IMG/VR virus record: IMGVR_UViG_3300038315_000065
Coordinates: 1 to 42,644 of that record
Source of the DNA: a virus
Lineage: Duplodnaviria > Caudoviricetes
DNA length: 42,644 nucleotides
Reading direction: 5' to 3' (one strand)
The notes beneath the pieces are model-generated. The model worked only from the letters and a program-made list of their open reading frames with translations. It did no database searches and was not told where the DNA came from. Below are positions 1-8,345 of the stretch, piece after piece (the first letter of the stretch is position 1; every line of letters starts with the position of its first letter). A program made the position numbers and the translations under genes.

Positions 1-1
1 G

Positions 2-99
2 ATGGCTGAACGTATTTATGAATATGCTTCTAACCTTTGGTTTATGTTTTCTACTCCTATACTAAGTAATGCAGGAACTAAAAGAGGTATGCCTATCTC
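2..99. repeat. Terminal overlap identical to 42547-42644 (assembly circularity)
   Basis: 98 nt exact match; base 1 (g) differs from 42546 (a). Confidence 0.97.
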
Positions 100-1618
100 T
101 TGTTTTTTAAATTATGTTGGTGATAGTAGACAAGGATTAACAAGGCACTACACAGAAAACGCATGGTTGGCTTCTGTAGGTGGTGGAATTGGTGGCTACT
201 GGGGACACGTTAGGTCTGATGGTACAATGACTTCAGGTGGGAGTCAGAGTTCAGGGTCTATTCCTTTTTTACATGTAGTTGATTCTGAAATCATGGCGTT
301 CTCTCAAGGAAAAACTAGAAGAGGAAGTTATGCCGCTTACATGGATATAAGTCACCCTGAAATAATAGAATTTTTAGAAATGAGAAAACCTAGTGGTGGT
401 GATATACATAGGAAATGTTTAAACTTACATCATGGTATAAATATTTCTAATCAATTTATGGAGTTGATTGACAACTGTATAAAAGAACCTACTTATGATG
501 ATAGTTGGGATTTAGTAGACCCACATACAAAAGAAAAAGTGCGCACTCTTTCAGCGAGAGATTTGTGGCAAAAAATTTTAGAGACTAGAGTAGCAACTGG
601 TGAACCTTATATCTGTTTCATTGATACAGTAAATGAAGCTCTCCCTGAACAACAAAAGAAATTAGGATTATATGTTAATCATTCTAATCTTTGCTCGGAA
701 ATAACCCTACCTACAAATGAACAACGGACAGCCGTTTGTTGTTTATCTTCCCTTAACTTAGAAAAATATGAGGAATGGAAAAAGGATACTTTATTTATTC
801 CTGATATAGTACGTTTCTTAGACAATGTACTACAATACTTTATAGATTATGCACCCGAAGAATTATTTAGAGCAAGATTTAGTGCTAATAATGAGCGTAG
901 TATAGGACTAGGAGCTATGGGTTTTCATGCCTATCTTCAACAACAAAAAATTCCCTTCCAATCTGCTCTAGCAAAAACAAAAAATTTACAAATGTTTAAA
1001 AAAATAAAAGAAGAAGCTGTAGCTGAATCAAAAAGATTAGCTGTTAAGAGAGGTGAAGCTCCTGACATGGAAGGCACAGGATTACGTCATGCACACTTAT
1101 TAGCTATTGCACCTAACGCTTCATCTTCAATAATTTGTGGGACTACTTCTCCCTCAATAGAACCTTATAGAGCAAATGCTTATGTTCAAAAAACAATGTC
1201 AGGTTCTTTTTTAGTTAAGAATAAATATTTAGAAAAACTTTTAGAAAAGAAGGGTATTAATACGGATAAAATTTGGACATCTATTATAGCTAATAGAGGT
1301 TCAGTCTTACATTTAAAAGAATTGTCTGAGTATGAGAAAGATATTTTTAAAACTGCTATTGAAATAAATCAACAGTGGATAATAGAACATGCCGCAGACA
1401 GGCAGAAGTATATATGTCAAGGACAAAGCGTAAATGTTTTTGTTCCTGCTGATGTAGATATAAAAGAGTTACATGATATACACATGTTAGCTTGGAAACG
1501 TAAATTAAAAACTCTTTATTATTGTAGGTCTGAAGCAATAAAAAGAGCGGAGTTAGTATCTCAAAAGATAGAACGTACTATTATTCCTGAAGCGGAGTGT
1601 TTATCATGCGAAGCGTAA
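2..1618 (+). CDS. nrdA: Ribonucleotide reductase class Ia alpha subunit (3' part; true start at 42412 across the circular junction, ~583 aa, no ATP cone)
   Basis: Motifs ISCF, NLCSEI, VCCLSSLNL, IAPNASSS, TLYY and C-terminal CLSC; in frame with 42412-42644. Confidence 0.97.
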   Translation: MAERIYEYASNLWFMFSTPILSNAGTKRGMPISCFLNYVGDSRQGLTRHYTENAWLASVGGGIGGYWGHVRSDGTMTSGGSQSSGSIPFLHVVDSEIMAFSQGKTRRGSYAAYMDISHPEIIEFLEMRKPSGGDIHRKCLNLHHGINISNQFMELIDNCIKEPTYDDSWDLVDPHTKEKVRTLSARDLWQKILETRVATGEPYICFIDTVNEALPEQQKKLGLYVNHSNLCSEITLPTNEQRTAVCCLSSLNLEKYEEWKKDTLFIPDIVRFLDNVLQYFIDYAPEELFRARFSANNERSIGLGAMGFHAYLQQQKIPFQSALAKTKNLQMFKKIKEEAVAESKRLAVKRGEAPDMEGTGLRHAHLLAIAPNASSSIICGTTSPSIEPYRANAYVQKTMSGSFLVKNKYLEKLLEKKGINTDKIWTSIIANRGSVLHLKELSEYEKDIFKTAIEINQQWIIEHAADRQKYICQGQSVNVFVPADVDIKELHDIHMLAWKRKLKTLYYCRSEAIKRAELVSQKIERTIIPEAECLSCEA

Positions 1619-1728
1619 TAAAGAAAATAAAAAAACAAACAGTTTTATGGACTATTTATCACACCATTCTAGTGATTGAATTGGGAATATTAATTGTAAT
1701 AGAAGGGATTGAGTTATTTTTAAGATGA
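1606..1728 (+). CDS. Small membrane peptide (40 aa) between nrdA and nrdB
   Basis: Manual translation MRSVIKKIKKQTVLWTIYHTILVIELGILIVIEGIELFLR; overlaps nrdA end and nrdB start (ATGA). Confidence 0.65.
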   Translation: MRSVIKKIKKQTVLWTIYHTILVIELGILIVIEGIELFLR

Positions 1729-2678
1729 GTTTATTTAAAGAAAGAGTTTATTATAAGCCATTTGATTATGAATGGGCTTTTGAAGCATACGATATACAAC
1801 AAAAAATGCACTGGCTTCCTAGTGAAGTACCGTTGCATGAAGATATTAGAGACTGGAATGAAAAATTAACTTCTGAAGAAAAGAACTTAATTAATCAAAT
1901 ATTAAAATTCTTTACTCAAGGTGATGTAGATGTCGCTAAAGCGTATGTAGATACCTACCTTCCTAAATTTAAAGCACCTGAAATAAGAATGATGCTAACA
2001 ACTATTGCCTCTAATGAGGCTATTCATGCTCATGCTTATTCATTATTAAATGATACTATTGGAACGCCTGAGCTTACAAATTATCAAGCCTTTCAAGAAT
2101 ATAAAGAAATGGCAGATAAACACAATTATTTATTTAAAGATAAAGGTAAAGGACTAGAAGGACTGGCTAGAGATATAGCTTGTTTTTCTGCTTTTGGCGA
2201 AGGCTTACAGTTATTTGCTTCCTTTGTCATGCTATTAAATTTTCAAAGATATGGTAGAATGAAAGGTATGTGTCAGATAGTAACTTGGAGTATTAGAGAT
2301 GAGACACACCACGTTGAGAGTATGATAAAATTATTTAAAACATTAATTAAAGAGAACCCTAAAATATGGAAAGATAAATTTAAGAAAACTATCTATCAAA
2401 CAGCTAGAGATATGGTGGAATTAGAAGATAAATTCATTGATTTGGCTTTTGAAATGGGTGGTATAAGAGGACTTACTTCTGATGAAGTTAAGAAATATAT
2501 AAGATATATAGCAGATAGAAGACTGCTTCAGCTATCATTAAAACCTAATTATGGTGTTAAAGATAACCCTTTAGGGTGGTTAGATTGGGTATTAAATGGA
2601 GTTGAACACACTAATTTCTTTGAGAACAGAGCAACTGAATATAACAAAGGAGCTATAACTGGCAATTTATGGGACTAA
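1725..2678 (+). CDS. nrdB: Ribonucleotide reductase class Ia beta subunit
   Basis: Diiron ligands and radical Tyr: GDVDV, EAIHAHAY, EGLQLF, RDETHH; NFFE near C-terminus. Confidence 0.97.
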   Translation: MSLFKERVYYKPFDYEWAFEAYDIQQKMHWLPSEVPLHEDIRDWNEKLTSEEKNLINQILKFFTQGDVDVAKAYVDTYLPKFKAPEIRMMLTTIASNEAIHAHAYSLLNDTIGTPELTNYQAFQEYKEMADKHNYLFKDKGKGLEGLARDIACFSAFGEGLQLFASFVMLLNFQRYGRMKGMCQIVTWSIRDETHHVESMIKLFKTLIKENPKIWKDKFKKTIYQTARDMVELEDKFIDLAFEMGGIRGLTSDEVKKYIRYIADRRLLQLSLKPNYGVKDNPLGWLDWVLNGVEHTNFFENRATEYNKGAITGNLWD

Positions 2679-2695
2679 AGTGCCCTTTTTAGAAG
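2676..2695 (+). promoter_or_regulatory. Putative phage RNAP promoter (start of structural module)
   Basis: TAAAGTGCCCTTTTTAGAAG; motif recurs at several gene boundaries. Confidence 0.8.
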
Positions 2696-2701
2696 AATAA
2701 T

Positions 2702-2881
2702 ATGGACGAAAAAGAAGATTTAGTTTTACCTCACAAGTCAGAAGACTTGGTAGAACTATTGAATAAACTATATCCTGAGAAATCACCTGAATTAAAAGAT
2801 GATACTAAGACAGTATATTTTAAAGCAGGTCAAAGGAATGTAGTACGATTCATTAATACATTACAGGAGAGGATAAAATAA
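2702..2881 (+). CDS. Small conserved-type T7-like hypothetical protein (59 aa)
   Basis: Manual translation MDEKEDLVLPHKSEDLVELLNKLYPEKSP...FKAGQRNVVRFINTLQERIK; fills the gap after the promoter. Confidence 0.8.
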   Translation: MDEKEDLVLPHKSEDLVELLNKLYPEKSPELKDDTKTVYFKAGQRNVVRFINTLQERIK

Positions 2882-2885
2882 TACT

Positions 2886-3110
2886 ATGTGTATGTCATCA
2901 CCAAAAGCTCCACCTGCACCTATTCAACAAGCACCCCGTCAAGTGGTGTCTCAAGCGGTGGAAGCAGTGGACAAACCTATTGAATTAGTAACAGCCGATA
3001 AAGATATTAAGAAGAAAAAGAAATTAGCTTCTAAAAGAGGCACAACGGCTTTACAAACTGGAGTAGCTTATACTACTGCTGGTTCTAGTTCAGGCGTTCA
3101 AACAGGTTAA
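2886..3110 (+). CDS. Virion assembly protein, gp7.3-like
   Basis: MC N-terminus, Pro/Ala-rich, basic KRG-AL motif, directly upstream of portal. Confidence 0.7.
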   Translation: MCMSSPKAPPAPIQQAPRQVVSQAVEAVDKPIELVTADKDIKKKKKLASKRGTTALQTGVAYTTAGSSSGVQTG

Positions 3111-3121
3111 TAAGGATATAA

Positions 3122-4696
3122 ATGGCTATTAAAAAGAGCAACGAAACAATGCTACAGGTTAATCCTACAGCAAAAGAACGATATTTAAAACTAAAAGATA
3201 AGAGAGAAAAATTTGTAGACAGAGCTCAGGAATGTAGCGAATTAACAATCTCTTCTTTAATACCCACAGATGGTTTCAATTCTTCTACAAAATTATACAA
3301 CCCCTTCCAATCGGTAGGAGCTAGAGGCGTAAACAATTTAGCGTCTAAGCTACTTCTTTTATTACTACCACCCAATTCCCCTTTTTTTAGACTAGCAGTC
3401 AGTGGCAAAACAAAAGAAGAACTTGAACAAAATAAAGAATTAAAATCAGAAATAGAAAAATCTCTAGCAAATATTGAAAGAGAAGTTTCTAAAAAAATTG
3501 AACAGTTAGCTTTAAGAGTTAGTGTATTTGAAGCTCTTAAACACTTAATAGTATCAGGAAATGTATTAACTTATCTTCCTAAAAATGGAACGATGAGAGT
3601 ATTTCCTCTTACTCATTATGTATGTAATAGAGATGCTTCAGGAAATGTATTAGAAGTAGTTATTAAAGAAAGTGTTAGTCCATTAAGTCTTCCTCTTGAA
3701 GTAATGGAGAAAGTAGTAAGAGACCCTGAGTATAAAAAAGATGAAGACATAGAATTATATACACATATTTACAAGTTAGAAAATAATAAATTTTATATTT
3801 GTCAAGAAGTAAATGGAATGAAAATTCCTGAATCAATAGGAAATTTTACTAAAGAACAACTACCTTACTCAGCTTTAAGAATGGTTAGAGTTGATGGTGA
3901 AGATTATGGTAGAGGATATGTTGAAGAATTTTTAGGAGATTTAAAATCATTAGAAGGATTATCAAGAGCACTTGTTGAAAGTGCGGCGGCTTCTTCTAAA
4001 ATAGTATTTATGGTTAAACCTAATTCTGTAACAAAGAAAAGAGATTTAGCTCTTACTAGAAATGGTGATATTATTACTGGTTCTGAAGATGATGTCTCTG
4101 TATTACAGGCACAAAAACAATATGATTTACAAGTAGTTGAAAGAAGTATTGCTAAATTAGAAGAGCGTATGTCTTATGCCTTCTTATTACATACTGCAAT
4201 ACAAAGAGATGCTGAAAGAGTAACAGCTCAAGAAATTAGATATATGGCAGAACAATTAGAAACTGCTATGGGTGGAGTATATTCATTATTATCACAAGAG
4301 TTTCAATTACCATTAGTTAAAATACTAATGAAACGTATGCAAGAAGCAAAAGAAATTCCACCATTACCTAAAGATTCAGTTACACCTACAATTATTACAG
4401 GTATTGAAGCATTAGGTAGAGGAAATGATTTACAAAAATTAAGAGAATTTGTGGCTGAGATAGTTAATCTAGCTCAGGTTAATCCACAAGTAGTTCAATC
4501 GTTAAATGAAGCTGATTTAATTAAACGTATCGCTACCAGTTTAGGTATAGAGATGGAAGGTTTGATTAAAACTCAAGAAGAATTAGCGGCTGAACAAGAA
4601 GCTATGCAACAGCAACAACAACAACAGCAGATGATGCAAATGGCTGAGAAAGCCGTTGCTCCCGTTGCAGGTAATGTAAGTAAAGCACTAACGTAA
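3122..4696 (+). CDS. gp8: Head-tail connector (portal)
   Basis: QSVGARGVNNLASKL, YGRGYVEE, RDAERVTAQEIR motifs; 524 aa. Confidence 0.96.
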   Translation: MAIKKSNETMLQVNPTAKERYLKLKDKREKFVDRAQECSELTISSLIPTDGFNSSTKLYNPFQSVGARGVNNLASKLLLLLLPPNSPFFRLAVSGKTKEELEQNKELKSEIEKSLANIEREVSKKIEQLALRVSVFEALKHLIVSGNVLTYLPKNGTMRVFPLTHYVCNRDASGNVLEVVIKESVSPLSLPLEVMEKVVRDPEYKKDEDIELYTHIYKLENNKFYICQEVNGMKIPESIGNFTKEQLPYSALRMVRVDGEDYGRGYVEEFLGDLKSLEGLSRALVESAAASSKIVFMVKPNSVTKKRDLALTRNGDIITGSEDDVSVLQAQKQYDLQVVERSIAKLEERMSYAFLLHTAIQRDAERVTAQEIRYMAEQLETAMGGVYSLLSQEFQLPLVKILMKRMQEAKEIPPLPKDSVTPTIITGIEALGRGNDLQKLREFVAEIVNLAQVNPQVVQSLNEADLIKRIATSLGIEMEGLIKTQEELAAEQEAMQQQQQQQQMMQMAEKAVAPVAGNVSKALT

Positions 4697-4715
4697 TAAA
4701 TAGGAGAAAAAATTT

Positions 4716-5474
4716 ATGGTAGATAAAGTGGAAATAACAAGTCCCGAAACTACTACGGATAAACCAGTGGAAGAGACGAAGCCTACACAAAGTAAACCTG
4801 AAGGTTTGCCTGAAAAATTCAACTCAGTTGATGAATTAGTCAAATCGTATTCAGAATTAGAAAAAAAACTTGGTGAGCAATCTCAACCTACTAAGGAATC
4901 AGTAGACCCAGTTTCTAAGGCAGAAGAAAAACAAGAACAACCTAAATCTGATTTAGATATAGCTACAAAGGCTGTAGATAGTGCAGGTTTAAATATGGAA
5001 ACACTCTCTGAGGAGTTTGCTAAAGATGGTAAACTTGCTGATGGTTCTTATAAATCATTAGAAAAAGCAGGGATTCCAAAAGAATATGTGGACAGATTTA
5101 TTGCAGGACAACAAGCAATAGCTGACCAACAATCAGCAACAGTTAAAAACTTAGTTGGTGGCACAGAGGCATATGATAGTATGTCTGAATGGGCTGGACA
5201 AAATTTAACTGAAACTGAAAAACAGGCTTACAATACTGCGGTGAACAGTAAAGATTTAGAAGCTGTGAAATTAGCAGTAGTAGGACTTAAAGCAAGATAT
5301 GCACAATCAACAGGAAGTGAACCTCAATTAGTTGAAGGTAAAGCATCTCCTAGTGGTGAACAAGGTTTTGCATCTTGGGCTCAAGTGACACAAGCGATGT
5401 CCGACCCTAGATATGCTAAAGACCCTGCTTATCAAGCTGAAGTAAAAAATAAACTAGCTAACAGTAAAATCTAA
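4716..5474 (+). CDS. gp9: Capsid scaffolding protein
   Basis: Acidic; LPEKF-S and AMSDPRYAKDPAY motifs; between portal and capsid. Confidence 0.93.
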   Translation: MVDKVEITSPETTTDKPVEETKPTQSKPEGLPEKFNSVDELVKSYSELEKKLGEQSQPTKESVDPVSKAEEKQEQPKSDLDIATKAVDSAGLNMETLSEEFAKDGKLADGSYKSLEKAGIPKEYVDRFIAGQQAIADQQSATVKNLVGGTEAYDSMSEWAGQNLTETEKQAYNTAVNSKDLEAVKLAVVGLKARYAQSTGSEPQLVEGKASPSGEQGFASWAQVTQAMSDPRYAKDPAYQAEVKNKLANSKI

Positions 5475-5488
5475 TAGAGGATAACACA

Positions 5489-5554
5489 ATGGCAAAAAAG
5501 AAAAAAAATAAGAAAAAAGATAAGAAGAAGAAAAAGAACAAAAAGAAAAGATAA
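5489..5554 (+). CDS. Poly-lysine micropeptide (21 aa)
   Basis: GAGG SD then MAKKKKNKKKDKKKKKNKKKR; TAATG coupling to next ORF. Confidence 0.65.
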   Translation: MAKKKKNKKKDKKKKKNKKKR

Positions 5555-5703
5555 TGTGTATTGGTTCATCAGATAACAGTGCCTTAGATATAGTTAAAAA
5601 TAAAAATATAGAAGGTATTAAAGCTAGAATTGACTCAGGTGTCGCTAGTGATACTGATAAAGCCACATATGCTAAATTTGTAAAAACAAATAAGAAGGAG
5701 TAA
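5554..5703 (+). CDS. Small hypothetical protein (49 aa, MC start)
   Basis: Manual translation MCIGSSDNSALDIVKNKNIEGIKARIDSGVASDTDKATYAKFVKTNKKE. Confidence 0.65.
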   Translation: MCIGSSDNSALDIVKNKNIEGIKARIDSGVASDTDKATYAKFVKTNKKE

Positions 5704-5704
5704 T

Positions 5705-5929
5705 ATGTTTCTTTATGCTTTAAAGAAAAAGTATGAAGCAGAGATTGCTGAACATACTTCGGTTGTTGATACTTACTTAAAAAATCCAGTAGGTATTCCT
5801 GACCACGACAATATTCTTGAAACAGTTAAAAATAGATATGATAAATTAACTCTATCTACTTTAGCGTTAAAGAATATAAATGACCTTCTTGATAAGGCTC
5901 AAGAAGCTGAGAAGAAAAATAAAAAATAG
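5705..5929 (+). CDS. Hypothetical protein
   Basis: ORF with AAGGAG SD; YLKNPVGIPDH segment. Confidence 0.8.
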   Translation: MFLYALKKKYEAEIAEHTSVVDTYLKNPVGIPDHDNILETVKNRYDKLTLSTLALKNINDLLDKAQEAEKKNKK

Positions 5930-6040
5930 TTGTGCAACCTTTATAGGTGGCAACTGCCAAGTAAATAAGTAGATTAACTTGACCTTCCTGCGGGAAGACA
6001 ATTTAGTATAAGAAGCTGAAAATACAAGGCTTTTATTAAC
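5928..6040 (+). promoter_or_regulatory. Structured 5' leader of major capsid gene
   Basis: Stem-loops AGTTG..ACCT-TTAT-AGGT..CAACT, CTTCC-TGCG-GGAAG and AAGAAGC..GCTTTT. Confidence 0.55.
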
Positions 6041-6068
6041 TAACCATAAATTCAAAGGAGAATATATT

Positions 6069-7043
6069 ATGGCAAATGCAACACCAGCGAGTATACCACA
6101 GATAAACTCAACGGGTACAGAAGACGCATTGTTTTTAAAAGTTTTTGCGGGAGAAGTTCTTACTTCTTTTGACAGAGCTTCAAAAACAGGCGGAGCAGAG
6201 ATGGTTCGTTCTATCTCTAGTGGTAAGTCGGCAACCTTCCCAGTAATGGGCAGAATTGATGCGGCATATCATACAGCAGGAGCAGAAATTTTAGGCTCAA
6301 CTGCTAACCACAACGAAAAGGTTATTACAATTAATGACCTTTTAACATCTTCAGTATTTTTATCAAATATTGAAGAAGCAAAAAACCACTGGGACGTAAG
6401 AAGTGCATACTCAGCCGAAATTGGCAGAGCTTTAGCTTTTGTTAAAGATAAACACGTTTTACAAACTATTGGTCAATGTGCAATAGGAACTACACCTAAC
6501 GTAACAGGTGGAGATACTACAAGTAACATATTTGACGCTAACATAGCTTCAGCAACAGATGCAACTGCCGCTACGGCGATGATAGGTGCTATCTTTTCTG
6601 CGGCTAAACAGTTAGACGGAAATTATGTTCCAGCAGAAGGCAGAAAATGTTTTCTTAGATTAGAAGAATACTACAAATTAGCAAACGCTACAAACGTTAT
6701 CAATGCTGATTTCAGTGGTAAAGGTTCAATCGCAGAAGGCAAAGTTGCAAGAGTAGCAGGAATTGATTTAATTCCAGTTCCTCATTTTGTTGAAACAAAT
6801 GTAACTTCAGGAGTAGACGCAGGTTCAGCTACAGCAGGTGGTTCAACACCTCAAGCTGTGGATTTAAGAACATTCGTAGCTCTTGTGTCACACCCTTCAG
6901 CAGTTGGTACTGTTAAACTTATGGACTTGGCTGTTGAGTCAGATTATGACATCAGAAGACAAGGTACATTAATGGTCGCTAAATATGCTATGGGTCACGG
7001 GACTCTTAGACCTGAAGCGGCTGTAGGAATTAAAGAAGCGTAA
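6069..7043 (+). CDS. gp10: Major capsid protein
   Basis: ALFLKVFAGEVLTSF, RSISSGKSATFPVMGR, AKYAMGHGTLRPEAA. Confidence 0.97.
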   Translation: MANATPASIPQINSTGTEDALFLKVFAGEVLTSFDRASKTGGAEMVRSISSGKSATFPVMGRIDAAYHTAGAEILGSTANHNEKVITINDLLTSSVFLSNIEEAKNHWDVRSAYSAEIGRALAFVKDKHVLQTIGQCAIGTTPNVTGGDTTSNIFDANIASATDATAATAMIGAIFSAAKQLDGNYVPAEGRKCFLRLEEYYKLANATNVINADFSGKGSIAEGKVARVAGIDLIPVPHFVETNVTSGVDAGSATAGGSTPQAVDLRTFVALVSHPSAVGTVKLMDLAVESDYDIRRQGTLMVAKYAMGHGTLRPEAAVGIKEA

Positions 7044-7070
7044 TAGTTTCTTTATTACACCACAATAGAT

Positions 7071-7096
7071 TAGGGGGAGCAATCCCCCTTTTCTAC
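7071..7096 (+). terminator. T-phi-like hairpin terminator after capsid gene
   Basis: AGGGGGA-GCAA-TCCCCCT followed by TTTCT. Confidence 0.8.
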
Positions 7097-7108
7097 TTTA
7101 TAATAACT

Positions 7109-7164
7109 TCAAGATATGCCTAGTGGGTATCTTGATTAACTCGCTTATGAAAGGGGGAACAATG
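7109..7164 (+). promoter_or_regulatory. ROSE-like RNA thermometer candidate in hsp20 leader
   Basis: Hairpin TCAAGATA..TATCTTGA, then CTCGCTT able to pair with AAAGGGGG SD (U(U/C)GCU motif). Confidence 0.6.
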
Positions 7165-7557
7165 ACACTAGACTTAACACCATTCCGAGCTTTTTCAGTA
7201 GGTTTTGATGACTTATTTGATGAGCTTAGAAATTTTAAAACAGTTGGTTATCCACCATATAACATTGAAAAAATGTCAGATGGTATTTATAACATTTCAA
7301 TGGCTGTTGCAGGGTTTTCAAAAGATGACCTTACAATTTCTGTGAAAGAAAATGTTTTAAAAATAAAAGGAAAGAAAGAAAGTAAAGAGAAAGATTATCT
7401 TTACAAAGGTATTGGTGAAAGGTCTTTTGAACAATCATTTAAACTTGCTGAATTTACGGAAGTAAAAGAAGTTAAGTTAGAAGATGGTGTTCTAAACATT
7501 TCTTTGATTCAGGATTTACCTGAAGATAAGAAAGAAAAGACAATCAAAATATCTTAA
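7162..7557 (+). CDS. hsp20: Small heat shock protein (Hsp20/IbpA family)
   Basis: GFDDLF, YPPYNIEK, AVAGF, YLYKGIGERSF, LEDGVLNI; start at ATG 7162 after SD. Confidence 0.95.
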   Translation: MTLDLTPFRAFSVGFDDLFDELRNFKTVGYPPYNIEKMSDGIYNISMAVAGFSKDDLTISVKENVLKIKGKKESKEKDYLYKGIGERSFEQSFKLAEFTEVKEVKLEDGVLNISLIQDLPEDKKEKTIKIS

Positions 7558-7565
7558 TAGAAAGT

Positions 7566-7591
7566 CTAGGGGGGAGTTAAATCCCCTCTAG
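7566..7591 (+). terminator. GC-rich hairpin after hsp20, similar to the one before it
   Basis: CTAGGGGGGA-GTTAAA-TCCCCTCTAG; weak U tract. Confidence 0.6.
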
Positions 7592-7622
7592 TTAATTTAA
7601 CAAAGAGGATATAAAAAATAAT

Positions 7623-7733
7623 ATGCTAGATAAAATAAACGCAATAGCTCTTGAAACAAAACATTTTTGGACTAGACACAAAAAAATTGTTCTTGTTTTT
7701 GGAGTAATCTTAGTAATAGCAATAATAGTATAG
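7623..7733 (+). CDS. Small single-pass membrane peptide (36 aa)
   Basis: MLDKINAIALETKHFWTRHKKIVLVFGVILVIAIIV; GAGGA upstream. Confidence 0.65.
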   Translation: MLDKINAIALETKHFWTRHKKIVLVFGVILVIAIIV

Positions 7734-7736
7734 ACG

Positions 7737-8345
7737 ATGGCAACACAAATTACACCGACGACTGAATTACAAACAGTTAATCAGATGCTTTCAGTTATTG
7801 GAGAAGCTCCTGTAAATGCAATTACAGGCACAGTAACTACCGATGTATCTGTCGCTAAAAATATTTTAGATGAAACATCTATGTCAATTCAGTCTATGGG
7901 GTGGAATTTCAACACTCATTATGCTTATACATTAACAAGAGATACTAATAATAAAGTACCTCTACCATCTAACTGTGTTCAAGCAGACGCATCTGCACAA
8001 TACCGAGATAAAAACTTGGTAATTCGTAATGGTTTTCTATACGATATGGATAATCATACAGATGTATTTGGCACAGGCACAACCCTACCTACAGTGGACT
8101 TAGTCTTAGTCCAACAATTTGAACAACTCCCTGAATACGCAAGGCAATACATAGCCGCTAAATCAGCGAGACGTTTTGCTTCAAGATATATTGGAGATAA
8201 AGGCATAGCTGAATTGGCAGGAAATGATGAACAAGAAGCATTAGCTTCTTTTAGACAAGCGGATAGCAGAAGTGCTGATGCAAATATTTTAGAAGGAGAT
8301 ACTAATACTTTTTCAATAATAAATAGGACTAGAAGGACTTATTAA
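7737..8345 (+). CDS. gp11: Tail tubular protein A
   Basis: TELQTVNQMLSVIGEAPV, GWNFN, FEQLPEYARQYI. Confidence 0.95.
   Translation: MATQITPTTELQTVNQMLSVIGEAPVNAITGTVTTDVSVAKNILDETSMSIQSMGWNFNTHYAYTLTRDTNNKVPLPSNCVQADASAQYRDKNLVIRNGFLYDMDNHTDVFGTGTTLPTVDLVLVQQFEQLPEYARQYIAAKSARRFASRYIGDKGIAELAGNDEQEALASFRQADSRSADANILEGDTNTFSIINRTRRTY

Noticed and set aside
7000-7046. T7 10A/10B-type capsid frameshift
   Set aside because: No slippery heptamer; tandem stops and a terminator follow.
7952-7966. TAAAGTACC partial promoter matches in gp11 (also ~10732 and ~24200)
   Set aside because: Lack the CCC..TAG half; explained by Lys-Val-Pro codons.
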